Assembly (NCBI GenBank): GCA_040883225.1
Contig: JBFLKP010000169.1
Coordinates: 1-56,526 of the forward strand
Origin: Candidatus Limnocylindrales bacterium
GTDB taxonomy: Bacteria > Chloroflexota > Limnocylindria > Limnocylindrales > CSP1-4
Reading direction: 5' to 3'
DNA: 56,526 nt
The notes beneath the pieces were generated by a model. The model was not told the origin of the DNA and ran no database searches. It saw nothing but the letters and a program-made list of their open reading frames with translations. Positions 8,299 to 17,254 of this stretch are shown piece by piece (positions within the stretch are counted from its first letter, which is position 1; the number at the start of each line of letters is the position of its first letter). Made by a program: the position numbers and the translations under genes.

Positions 8299-10536
8299 TC
8301 ACGTTGCGGCTGCCCACTGGACCTCGCCCGTGTAGCCGTCGATGCGGACGTGCGAGCCGTCCGGCACGCGCATCGCGCCAGGCACGCTCACCACGCAGGG
8401 GATACCGAACTCGCGCGCCACGATCGACGAGTGGGACAGCAGCCCGCCCGACTCGGCGACGATGCCGCCGGCCCGGGCCAGCAGGGGCGTCCAGCCGATG
8501 TCCGAGTAGGGGATGATGAGGATCTCGCCAGGCTGCACCCGCGCGGCCTCATCGAGGCCACTGATGACGCGCGCGGTCCCGCTCACGATGCCGCGCGAGC
8601 TGGGCGTGCCCCGCAGGCGATGGTCGGGGTCGGTCGGTGGCGCCGGCTCGAAGTCGTCGCCGAAGATGACCTCCGGCATGTCGATGTCCCTGAGGCGCTC
8701 CATGTCGCTCGCTCGAGCGGTCGCGAGCTCCAGCAGCGCGGTCCGTCCGCGGAGCAGGCCGTCCTCCATCTCCTCGCGCGTGAGGTAGAACACCTGGTCC
8801 GTGTCCTCCAGGACTTCGCGCTCGACCAGCCGGCGGGCGATCTCGAGGACCGCCGGTCGGAAGCGACCGTAGCTGCGCGTGTAGGCGTAGGACACGCGTT
8901 CCCGTTCCAGGCGGTAGCGAGCCGTTCGTCCCCACAGGCTCCGGTCGAGGCGCGAGAGGCCACCCCCAAGCCCGGACCCGTTCCCCTCGGGCGTCGGGCT
9001 GGTGTCGGCCTCGAGCAGCGGCACGAGCCGTGAGGGGTCCTCGGTCCAGGGGACGCGCGAGAAGTCGTTGCCCGAGTCCGACACGTGGCCGAACCGGGCC
9101 AGGAAGTCGTCCATGCCCGGGACCAGCCCGACCTCGCCATCGTGGACCCGGGCGCGCGTCGGCGCATCGAGCTCGGCCGTGCGAGCCGCCAGCTGCCGCA
9201 GCCGCGAGGTGGGATCGTAGTCTTCGAGGCCCTCCTGCCCTGCGCCGATGTCGACCGTCTCGGTATCGATCCCCCGGCGCGACAGCCGTCGCCGCATGAT
9301 CGAGCCGTAGGCGTTGAACAGCAGCGGCGCGACGATGTTGGCAGAGGCCAGGCGGCGCACGACCGCCTCCAGCTCGGCGAGGTGGCCGACGATGTCCTGG
9401 TCCGACATCGACCGCAGGTCCCGAGCATCGAGTCGGTCCATCTCCGCCTGCGTCTCCGGGATCAGCCGGTCGAGCTCGTCGTGGTAGCGGCTCATGCGCC
9501 AGCCAAGGCGGCCCATGCGGGGAAGGTGACGCATGATGCCCATCCGTGGCCGGAAGGTCGGCCGGTCCTCCCCGCCCTCGATGCCCATCAGCACCTCGAG
9601 CAGGTCACGGGGCATGCTCATGGCCTCGAAGATGTCGCCGACCGCGCCCATGTTGAAGTAGGCGCGGTATGCGAACTGGCGAGCCAGGTCCTCGGGTTCC
9701 AGGTCGAGGGATCCGACCATGGAGGTGAAGAGCTCGAGCCAGGCCCCGTTGACGATGGGCACGTTGATCGACCACACGAGCGGGGGGATCATGCCCGGAA
9801 GGAACTCCTTGGAGATCCGGTTCGAGTAGACCGGGACGTCGGTGCTGGTCATGGGCCGAACCTGCAGCCAGGAGATGGCCTGGCCGTCCCAGGCCCACTC
9901 GACATCCACCGGCTCGCCCCGTTCGGCGGCGATGGCCTCGACCCCGTCCGCCAGCTCGCTCACGGTCGCCTCAGGCAGGACCGCGCTCTGGGGCCGCTGT
10001 GTCCAGTCTCCCCAGTGGCGGACCCACCGTTCGGGCGTCTCGGTGCCTGTGACCAGTGCGTCCCCGGTACCGGGAACGGCTTCGATGAGGACGTCGGTCA
10101 GTCCCGTCAGGGGGTTGCGACTGAAGGCCACGCCGGCCGCCACGGCCGGCACCATGTGCTGCACGATGACGTGCATCTCGATCGACTCCGGCGCGACGCC
10201 TGCGTGCTCGAGATACGGCGCGAGGCGCTCGTCGTGCACCGACCCGCGGACCTGCTCGATGGCCTCGAGGATGGCGGTCAGGCCTTCGACGCCCAGCAGC
10301 GAGGTGAACTGGCCGGCGAAGCTGTGGTCCGCGCGGTCCTCGACCGACGCTGACGAGCGCACCGCGTAGCGCTGTCCGGCCGTGATCCACGCGGCCAGCG
10401 CGTCGGCGTCCGGCTCACGCAACACCACACCCTCGGGAACGCGGTAGCCGTGCTCGAGGAGCCAGGCCAGGTTGGCCGCCTTGGCCCCGTGGGTGTCAGC
10501 GGCGCGCGCCAACGCCGTCATGCTCGTTTCGGTCAT
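8299..10536 (-). CDS. PEP-utilising enzyme family protein: PEP/pyruvate-binding ATP-grasp N-domain plus C-terminal swivel phospho-His domain, no TIM-barrel domain
   Basis: N-terminus GAKAANLAWLLEHGYRVPEGV (PPDK_N-like). C-terminus GGIVAESGGLLSHSSIVAREFGIPCVV (mobile His domain). Start set at ATG 10536, which is M42 of the track ORF; the upstream part of that ORF is Arg/Gly-rich. Confidence 0.8.
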   Translation of the reverse strand: MTETSMTALARAADTHGAKAANLAWLLEHGYRVPEGVVLREPDADALAAWITAGQRYAVRSSASVEDRADHSFAGQFTSLLGVEGLTAILEAIEQVRGSVHDERLAPYLEHAGVAPESIEMHVIVQHMVPAVAAGVAFSRNPLTGLTDVLIEAVPGTGDALVTGTETPERWVRHWGDWTQRPQSAVLPEATVSELADGVEAIAAERGEPVDVEWAWDGQAISWLQVRPMTSTDVPVYSNRISKEFLPGMIPPLVWSINVPIVNGAWLELFTSMVGSLDLEPEDLARQFAYRAYFNMGAVGDIFEAMSMPRDLLEVLMGIEGGEDRPTFRPRMGIMRHLPRMGRLGWRMSRYHDELDRLIPETQAEMDRLDARDLRSMSDQDIVGHLAELEAVVRRLASANIVAPLLFNAYGSIMRRRLSRRGIDTETVDIGAGQEGLEDYDPTSRLRQLAARTAELDAPTRARVHDGEVGLVPGMDDFLARFGHVSDSGNDFSRVPWTEDPSRLVPLLEADTSPTPEGNGSGLGGGLSRLDRSLWGRTARYRLERERVSYAYTRSYGRFRPAVLEIARRLVEREVLEDTDQVFYLTREEMEDGLLRGRTALLELATARASDMERLRDIDMPEVIFGDDFEPAPPTDPDHRLRGTPSSRGIVSGTARVISGLDEAARVQPGEILIIPYSDIGWTPLLARAGGIVAESGGLLSHSSIVAREFGIPCVVSVPGAMRVPDGSHVRIDGYTGEVQWAAAT

Positions 10537-10704
10537 CCGTCCCTGTCCAGTGTGCGTGTCGCGTCGCTCGGATCCGGGGCGGAGAAGGCTCGGGCCGCCC
10601 GCAGGGCCGCCAATGGTACGGTCTCGTCGCGGATTCGGCCCGCGGCACGGGCCCCGCACGACCGCGACGCCCGGCGCCGGTGGCCGGCGCCGTCCTGCGA
10701 TGCG

Positions 10705-11934
10705 CTAGACGCCGCCAGGCGGCGACGCGCCTTCCTCGGGCGGCTCGCCCCCGGCCAAGGGGTCTTCCGGCAGCTTGCGCACGCGCGCCCGGCGCTTCTT
10801 GCGGGCGGGGATCATGTCGCGCATCTCCTCGAGCTTGCCGAAGCAGAGCAACCGGTCGTTCGCCTCCAGCTCGCGTGAGTCTCGCGGGTTGGGGATGACC
10901 TCCGTGCCGCGGTGCAACGTGAGCACCGTGATGTCCCGCTCGCGCAAGCCCGAATCGCGGATGGTCGTGCCCACCAGCTCGGCATCCTCGCGGACCTGCA
11001 GCTCGGCCACGCCGTAGCCGGTGCTGACCGACAGGCGCTGGCGCACGTCGAGTTCGGGGAAGGCGACCTGGTGGGCCACGTAGTCGACGATGGCGCCGGC
11101 CACGTCGAGGCCGGTGGCGGTCTCGATGCCCTCCAGCCCGGGTGAGGAGTTGACCTCCATCACCAGCGGCCCCTCCGCGCCTTCGAGCATGTCCACGCCC
11201 GCCACCCGCAAGCCCATGATCTGCGCGGCCCGGACCGCCGTGCGCTCGTACTCGGGCGTGATGGCGATCGCCTCCGCGCTGCCGCCGCGGTGGACGTTGG
11301 AACGGAACTCGTCGCCCTGGGCGCTGCGTCGCATGGCTGCGACGACCCGGTCACCGACCACCAGCGCGCGCACGTCCCTGCCCTTGGACTCGGCGATGAA
11401 CTGCTGGATGAGCACGTTCTGCTGGGTGCTGTGCAGCGTCTCCACGATGGCCTCGGCCACCCGGTTGCTGGGCGCGAGGATGACGCCGATGCCCTGGGTG
11501 CCCTGAAGCAGCTTGATGACCACTGGGGCGCCTCCGACGCGCTCGATGGCCGGGCGCACATCAGCCCGGTTGCGCACGAACGCCGTCGCCGGCATGCCGA
11601 TGTCGTGGCGCGACAGGATCTGGATGGCGCGCAGCTTGTCGCGCGAGTTGGTGATGCCGTTGGCCGTGTTGGGTGTGTACACGTCCATCTGCTCGAACTG
11701 GCGCACGACCGCGGCGCCGAAGTAGGTCACCGAGGCGCCGATACGGGGCACGATCGCGTCGTAGTCCGAGAGCTGCTTGCCGCGGAACTGGAGGTCCGGA
11801 TCCCCGGACGAGACATCGATGGCGAAGCGCATCGTGTCGAGCACGAGGCAGCGATGACCACGGTCGACGGCGGCGGCTTTCAGGCGCTGCGTGCTGTAGG
11901 CACGCGGGGAGCGCGAGAGGATGGCGAGCTTCAT
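10705..11934 (-). CDS. rimK: RimK-family alpha-L-glutamate ligase (ATP-grasp) with C-terminal TrkA-C/RCK_C-like domain
   Basis: 409 aa. Residues 1-290 are collinear with RimK (MKLAILSR..., VIKLLQGTQGIGV, MEVNSSPGLEGIE). Residues about 305-375 (VAELQVREDAELVGTTIRDSGLRERDITVLTLHRGTEVIPNPRDSRELEANDRLLCFGKLEEM) fit the TrkA-C pattern. ATGA overlap with the upstream gene. Confidence 0.85.
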   Translation of the reverse strand: MKLAILSRSPRAYSTQRLKAAAVDRGHRCLVLDTMRFAIDVSSGDPDLQFRGKQLSDYDAIVPRIGASVTYFGAAVVRQFEQMDVYTPNTANGITNSRDKLRAIQILSRHDIGMPATAFVRNRADVRPAIERVGGAPVVIKLLQGTQGIGVILAPSNRVAEAIVETLHSTQQNVLIQQFIAESKGRDVRALVVGDRVVAAMRRSAQGDEFRSNVHRGGSAEAIAITPEYERTAVRAAQIMGLRVAGVDMLEGAEGPLVMEVNSSPGLEGIETATGLDVAGAIVDYVAHQVAFPELDVRQRLSVSTGYGVAELQVREDAELVGTTIRDSGLRERDITVLTLHRGTEVIPNPRDSRELEANDRLLCFGKLEEMRDMIPARKKRRARVRKLPEDPLAGGEPPEEGASPPGGV

Positions 11935-12908
11935 GCGGTGTCCTTCGACTCGATGGTGGCGATGTGCACGATGGCGTCGCCCTGGTGGACGAGGGGGTGT
12001 TGCGTGAGCCCGATGACGACCCCATCGGATGGGGCCGAGGCGCGGCTCAGGGTACGGCCCAGGGAATCGTGGATGACGGCCAGACGCTGACCCCGGGTGA
12101 CGCGATCGCCGAGCCCCACCGACACGAGCGCGATGCCGCTGCGGCGGGCACGCACCCAGCGGCTGCTACGGGCTTCGAGCGGCTCGTCGGGCTCCGACGT
12201 CTCGTCGTCGGGGATCATGCCGAGCGTGGCGAGGACGCGCAGCGTCCCGCTGGTGGCGACCGCGATGGCGTCCTCGTCGAAGCGCCACGCTTCACCGCCC
12301 TCGTAGAGCAGGACCGTGACGCCGGCATCGATCGCGGCCGCCCGGAGCGAGCCGTCGCGCAGGCCCGAGTGGAGGATCAGGGGCGCACCGAAGGCGCGTG
12401 CCAGCTCGCGAGTCCGGGGGTCGTCGAAGTCGCCCCGCAGCTGCGGCAGGTTGGAGCGGTGGTCCGAGCCGGTGTGCAGGTCGATGCCCACGTCGGCGCG
12501 GGTCACGATCTCGCGCATGAAGGCTGACGCCACGCGGCCCGCGAGCGAGCCCTTGCTCGAGCCGGGGAAGGAGCGGTTGAGGTCGCGCCGGTCGGGCAGG
12601 TAGCGGTCGCCGTTGAGGAACCCGTGGACGTTCACGATGGGAACCGAGAGCACGGTCCCGCGCAGCTGTCGTGGCTGCAACTGTGCGCTGACGCGGCGGA
12701 CGATCTCCACGCCGCCGATCTCGTCACCGTGGATGGCGGCGCTGACCCAGGCCACCGGCCCATCGTAGCGGCCGTGGTAGATGCGAACGGGCAACGAGAT
12801 CCGGGCGCCCGTCACCAGCTGCGGGATGGGTAGCTCCACGACCGCCGTGCGCCCGGCCGGGATGAAGGTGCCCGCGAACTCGAAGGGAGCGCGCACCGGC
12901 CGCGTCAT
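11931..12908 (-). CDS. succinylglutamate desuccinylase/aspartoacylase (AstE/AspA, M14-like) family zinc hydrolase
   Basis: 325 aa. HGDE zinc motif (AAIHGDEIGG), NRSFPG and GIDLHTG. ATGA overlaps at both ends (12905-12908 and 11931-11934). Confidence 0.8.
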   Translation of the reverse strand: MTRPVRAPFEFAGTFIPAGRTAVVELPIPQLVTGARISLPVRIYHGRYDGPVAWVSAAIHGDEIGGVEIVRRVSAQLQPRQLRGTVLSVPIVNVHGFLNGDRYLPDRRDLNRSFPGSSKGSLAGRVASAFMREIVTRADVGIDLHTGSDHRSNLPQLRGDFDDPRTRELARAFGAPLILHSGLRDGSLRAAAIDAGVTVLLYEGGEAWRFDEDAIAVATSGTLRVLATLGMIPDDETSEPDEPLEARSSRWVRARRSGIALVSVGLGDRVTRGQRLAVIHDSLGRTLSRASAPSDGVVIGLTQHPLVHQGDAIVHIATIESKDTA

Positions 12909-13387
12909 GACCGGCCCCGGTTCCGGTCGATGATGTCCCTCGCGGGCCGGCCGCCCAGATACGAGCGCCCGGGGTCGACCACGAAGCGTCGTCGGAGCGC
13001 TTGCCGCCCGATGAGCATGCGGAAGCCCATCTCGTCGCGGCGCGTGAGCGTGACCTCGATGGGCTCGCGGCGCCCGGCCAGCTCCATCGTCGTCAGCACC
13101 ACCGGTCGCAGCTTGGCCGCACCCGACGAGCTGCGAACCTCGCGCCGCTCCAGCAGTGGCGCCTCGACCACCACCACGTCGGAGGACGAGTCCTGCCAGG
13201 GATGGATGGCGAAGCGAGCTTGGGCCACTCCATCACGCTCGAACGTCTCGATGTCGAAGGCATGGAGGGCAGACGTGCGGGCCCCGGTGTCGATCTTGGC
13301 CTTGATGGCCTCGACGCCCCAGTCGGGCAGCGCGAGCCACTCGCGCCAGCCGACGCTCGTGCGTGCAGGACGTGACTTGACGTTCAC
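12905..13387 (-). CDS. retropepsin-like aspartic protease (RimB / 'ATP-dependent zinc protease' DUF785 family)
   Basis: 160 aa. VGWREWLALPDWGV...KAKIDTGARTSALHA with the DTGA catalytic signature. GTG start 17 nt after the mgtE stop. Confidence 0.8.
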   Translation of the reverse strand: MNVKSRPARTSVGWREWLALPDWGVEAIKAKIDTGARTSALHAFDIETFERDGVAQARFAIHPWQDSSSDVVVVEAPLLERREVRSSSGAAKLRPVVLTTMELAGRREPIEVTLTRRDEMGFRMLIGRQALRRRFVVDPGRSYLGGRPARDIIDRNRGRS

Positions 13388-13404
13388 CGATGGAGCCTAG
13401 CGTG

Positions 13405-14769
13405 TCACGAGGTCAGCTGGGTCAGCAGCAGGCTGGCGAAGCTGAGCGCGAGGAAGAAGCCGCAGATGTCGGTCACCGTGGTCAGGATGGGGCCAGAGGC
13501 CACGGCCGGGTCGACGCCGAAGCGCTTCAGGACCAAGGGCACGGTCCCGCCCACCGAGACGGCGATCAACGTGTTGAGCGCCAGCGTCAGGCCGACCACC
13601 AGGCCAAGCCACGGGCTGCCGTCCCAGAGGATCGCGACGACGCCGATGAGGAGGCCGAGGGCCACGCCGTTGATGAGGCCGACGCTGATCTCCTTGAGCC
13701 AGACGCGGCCCACCTCGTAGGGCTTGACCAGTCCGATCGAGAGCTCGCGCATGCTCACGGCCACGGCCTGGTTACCGCTGGCGCCGGACATGTCACTGAT
13801 GATGGGCAGGAAGACCGCCAATGCGATGACCTGGTCGAGCACATCGATGTAGAGGGCGATGACGCTGGCGGCGATGACGTTGAGCACGATGTTGATGGAC
13901 AGCCAGCTGAGACGCCGCCGCGAGCGCGTGCGCGTGGGCAGGCTGCGCACCTCATCACCACCGACGATGCCGCGCATGCGCAGCATCTCGCGCTCCCTGC
14001 GCTCGGCGATGGCGTCGAGCACGGCGGTGCGCCGGGTCACGCCCAGCAGGCGCGCCCGCTGGTCGACCACGGGCACGGCAGCGATGGGGTGCGCCTCGAA
14101 GAAGTCGCGCAGGGTATCGAGATCGGTGGTGGCGCTCGTGAATAGCGGAGCCACCATCACATCCGCCATGCGCTTGCTGCGCGGAGCCGCGGCCAGCTCG
14201 CTGGCCGCGGCCACCCCCACCAGCCGGCCGAAACCTGAGAGCACGTAGACGTAGCGGCTGAAGTGATCGTCGCTGTCCTCGGCATTGATGACCAACTGGT
14301 CGAGGGCGGCGCCGACGGTCACGTCCTCGCCCACCGCGACGTACTCGGTGATCATCAGGCCGCCGGCGACGTCGTCCGCGTAGTCGGCCATGGCCCGGAC
14401 CTCGGAGGCCACCTCGGGTTCCAGCTCGCCGAGGATGGCGTTCGCCTCCGTCGAGCCAAGGTCGGCGATGAGGTCGGCCTGCTCGTCGGACTGCATCGCC
14501 GTGACGATGGCGGCCGCGTCCACCGGCGCCAGCCGCTCGATGAGGTCGGCAGCCTGTTCGTCGGGCGCATCCTCGATGAGGTCGGCTGCTTCGGGCGGGG
14601 ACAGCGTCGTGAGCAGGGCCTGCTGGTCCTCCGGCTCCAGCCGCAGGATCGCGCGCACGGCCTCGTCGGGCTCGAGGGCCTCGATGGCCGCGTCCAGTCC
14701 CTCACGGTCGCCAGCCTTGGCCAGCTCACGCAAGCGCTCCCAGGATCGGCGGTCGGTCTCGACGGTCAT
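13405..14769 (-). CDS. mgtE: magnesium transporter MgtE
   Basis: 455 aa from ATG 14769. Acidic MgtE_N region, a CBS pair, and a C-terminal 5-TM domain with PIISDMSGASGNQ and GPILTTVTDICGF. The upstream 105 codons of the track ORF are Arg-rich and overlap the neighbouring gene. Confidence 0.9.
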   Translation of the reverse strand: MTVETDRRSWERLRELAKAGDREGLDAAIEALEPDEAVRAILRLEPEDQQALLTTLSPPEAADLIEDAPDEQAADLIERLAPVDAAAIVTAMQSDEQADLIADLGSTEANAILGELEPEVASEVRAMADYADDVAGGLMITEYVAVGEDVTVGAALDQLVINAEDSDDHFSRYVYVLSGFGRLVGVAAASELAAAPRSKRMADVMVAPLFTSATTDLDTLRDFFEAHPIAAVPVVDQRARLLGVTRRTAVLDAIAERREREMLRMRGIVGGDEVRSLPTRTRSRRRLSWLSINIVLNVIAASVIALYIDVLDQVIALAVFLPIISDMSGASGNQAVAVSMRELSIGLVKPYEVGRVWLKEISVGLINGVALGLLIGVVAILWDGSPWLGLVVGLTLALNTLIAVSVGGTVPLVLKRFGVDPAVASGPILTTVTDICGFFLALSFASLLLTQLTS

Positions 14770-14870
14770 ATGGCTCTCCGCTGCGTGGGCAGCATCGTAG
14801 GCCCGGGAGCCGTACGGCCGCTCGAACGTGCTGTCCGCCTGTCGTCGAAGGGTGGGGATGACCCTCGCCG

Positions 14871-16505
14871 CTAGCCCCCGTCGGCCTGGGTCCGGCGGCG
14901 CTCGAAGCCTTCCACGAATCGGCTCAGCGTCGTCGACACGCGCCCTCGCTCCATGGCCACGTCGAGGAGCACGAACCGGCCCTCGTTGGCGACCGCGTAC
15001 TCGAGCGCCTCGGCCAGCTCGCGGCGTGTACGCACATGGATACCCACACCGCCGAGCGGTTCGGCCAGTTCGTGGAACGGCCACACGGGCAGGTCGTTAT
15101 AGGCAGCTTGGGGCTGGAAGGCTCGAAGCATCTCCCACGACGCGTTGTTGAAGACGATGACGATGGGGTCCCAACCGTAGCGGCGACAGTTGCCCAGCTC
15201 CCAGCCGGTCATCTGGAAGGCGCCGTCGCCCACGAGGACCAGCGGCCGTTCGCCGGTGGCGACCTGGGCCCCCAGCCCGCCCGGGACGCCGAAGCCCATC
15301 CCCGCGTAGTAGCCAGGCGCGGCCAGCGCCGAGTACTCGATGTCCATGGCCGTGAAGAGGCAGTCGCCCATGTCTGACGAGATGGGCATGGTCCCGTGGT
15401 CGCGCATGAGGTCGTTGACCGCGGTGGCGATGTCGGTGGGGCCGACCGGCGCCTCGTCGGCCACCAGGCCGGTCGGTGGCTCCGGCGTTGCCGGCAGGTC
15501 CGCACGAACGCCGGCGGGCTGGGCACTGACCGCCATGGCCTCGACGATGGAGCGCAGGGGGACATCGTGGTATACGTGGAAGCCAAGGCGCACCTGGCGC
15601 TCGGTAGCGATGATCGCGTGTCGCAGGTCGATCTGGCGCGCGGCGGTGCTGAAGTTCGTGTCGCTGAGGATGACCCCGAGCATGAGGATGGCGTCCGACC
15701 GCTCCACCAGCTCGGAGATCCCGGGTTGGCCGGCGACCCCGATATAGGTGCCGATGGGCGGGTTGGGCGCGTCCGCCAGCAGGCCCCGACCCATGAACGT
15801 CGTGACCACGGGGATGCCCAGCCTCTGCGCCAGCTCGGCGACCTCAGCCTCCATGCCGTAGCGGCGGACCTCGGCCCCCACGAGCAGGACCGGCGAGCTC
15901 GCGTCGGCCAGCCGGGTGAGGACCTCGGCGGCCGCGGCCTGCACGGCGTCGGGGTCCACCGGCGAGGGCGGCAACGTCGGCACCTCGCCGATCTCCGCTC
16001 CCACCATGTCGCGCGGGATCTCGATGTACACCGGCTGGGAGTGCTCATGGGCGGAGCGCAGGGCCCGGGCGATCGACGCGGCCGCAGTCGTTCGGTCGTC
16101 GAGCACGACCTGGTCGCAGGTGATCTCGCGGTAGACGTTGAGCTGCGACTCGATGGTCCGGGCCTGGTGATGGACGAGGAGGCCGTGCTGTCGCTCGACC
16201 AACGACGGGGCGCCCGAGAGCACGACCACGGGCGAGCGTTCGGCGAAAGCGCCGGCGATGGGGTTGACGAGGTTGAAGGCACCGGCACCATAGGTGATGG
16301 CCGCTACGCCCAGCCCGCCGCGGAAGCGCGCCGCAGCGTCGGCGGCGAAGCCTACCGCCGGCTCGTGGCTCAGCGTGTAGAGCGGGAGCGTGCGGGTGCG
16401 CTCGATGACCTCGAAGAACGGCAACGCGAAGTCGCCGGGGATACCGAAGATCTCGCGCGCGCCGGCGTCTCGCAGCGCATGCAGCAGTGCCTCGGCGGTT
16501 CGCAC
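14871..16505 (-). CDS. thiamine-diphosphate-dependent alpha-keto-acid (indolepyruvate/phenylpyruvate-type) decarboxylase
   Basis: 544 aa. N-terminus IFGIPGDFALPFF...HEPAVGFAADAAAR. TPP motif GDGAFQMT...VFNNASW. GTG start with AGGAGG 5 nt upstream. Confidence 0.8.
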   Translation of the reverse strand: MRTAEALLHALRDAGAREIFGIPGDFALPFFEVIERTRTLPLYTLSHEPAVGFAADAAARFRGGLGVAAITYGAGAFNLVNPIAGAFAERSPVVVLSGAPSLVERQHGLLVHHQARTIESQLNVYREITCDQVVLDDRTTAAASIARALRSAHEHSQPVYIEIPRDMVGAEIGEVPTLPPSPVDPDAVQAAAAEVLTRLADASSPVLLVGAEVRRYGMEAEVAELAQRLGIPVVTTFMGRGLLADAPNPPIGTYIGVAGQPGISELVERSDAILMLGVILSDTNFSTAARQIDLRHAIIATERQVRLGFHVYHDVPLRSIVEAMAVSAQPAGVRADLPATPEPPTGLVADEAPVGPTDIATAVNDLMRDHGTMPISSDMGDCLFTAMDIEYSALAAPGYYAGMGFGVPGGLGAQVATGERPLVLVGDGAFQMTGWELGNCRRYGWDPIVIVFNNASWEMLRAFQPQAAYNDLPVWPFHELAEPLGGVGIHVRTRRELAEALEYAVANEGRFVLLDVAMERGRVSTTLSRFVEGFERRRTQADGG

Positions 16506-16729
16506 GTTCGCCTCCTGGTCGATCGGTCGGACCAGCTCAGCATAGGCCGTTCCCTGGCGGCCTGGCCGGGCATGGCCAACACGCGACGCCTCGGCTCCTG
16601 GCGCTCACGTGGTCATCCCACGAGCGCATGCTCTGCACCTCTCAGGAGCTTGGGCTTGGGCTTGCGGTCGCCCTGTGTCGATGACCTCGACCCACGGGCC
16701 GCAGGCGGTGTCGTCGTCTCGTCGCGTGC

Positions 16730-17158
16730 CTAGACGGGCACCGGCATCAGGCGGTCGACGACGCGGAGCTCGAGGCCCTCACCTTCCACGGCCATGCCAC
16801 GAGCAGCCACCAGGGTGATCTCCGGGAACAGCTCGAGGATCTCCATCGCCCGCACCGGGGGCAGCATGAACTCGGTGACCGGCACCACGTCGTCGTGATC
16901 GGCTGCCAGGCGGGCCCAGTCGTCGTCGACGGCTTCGAGACGACGCCGTTCGACCGCGAACACGCCGACACCGACGGGCTCGCCGTACGCGAAGCGGATG
17001 TCGAGGCCGCAGACGCGCCACGCGTCGGCATCGATGCCGGCCAAGGCGTGCAGGCGGCGCAGGTCGCCGGTCTCGGCCACGGCGAACTCACCGTGCCACG
17101 CGTTCTCGGCGGCGGGGGCGGGATGGAGGCGGGGACGTACAGGATGCATGCCCCACAC
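16730..17158 (-). CDS. hypothetical protein
   Basis: 142-aa ORF with strong GC3 bias and normal amino-acid composition. No family recognised. Start uncertain (17158 or 17149). Confidence 0.5.
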   Translation of the reverse strand: MWGMHPVRPRLHPAPAAENAWHGEFAVAETGDLRRLHALAGIDADAWRVCGLDIRFAYGEPVGVGVFAVERRRLEAVDDDWARLAADHDDVVPVTEFMLPPVRAMEILELFPEITLVAARGMAVEGEGLELRVVDRLMPVPV

Positions 17159-17254
17159 GCTATCGGCGGCGGCACTACGGCCGCCCGTGCATCGGTCGGC
17201 CAGGGGCTTGCAGCCGCGTTACAGCCACGGCCGGCACATCGATATGCTTGCCTC

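Noticed and set aside
13405-15084. The full 559-aa track ORF for MgtE with a 105-residue N-terminal extension. I also considered an M-box riboswitch upstream of mgtE.
   Set aside because: The extension is Arg/Gly/Pro-rich and overlaps the 3' end of the TPP decarboxylase gene. ATG 14769 gives a standard MgtE. Only 101 nt separate the genes, which is too short for an M-box, and I see no M-box-like conserved segments.
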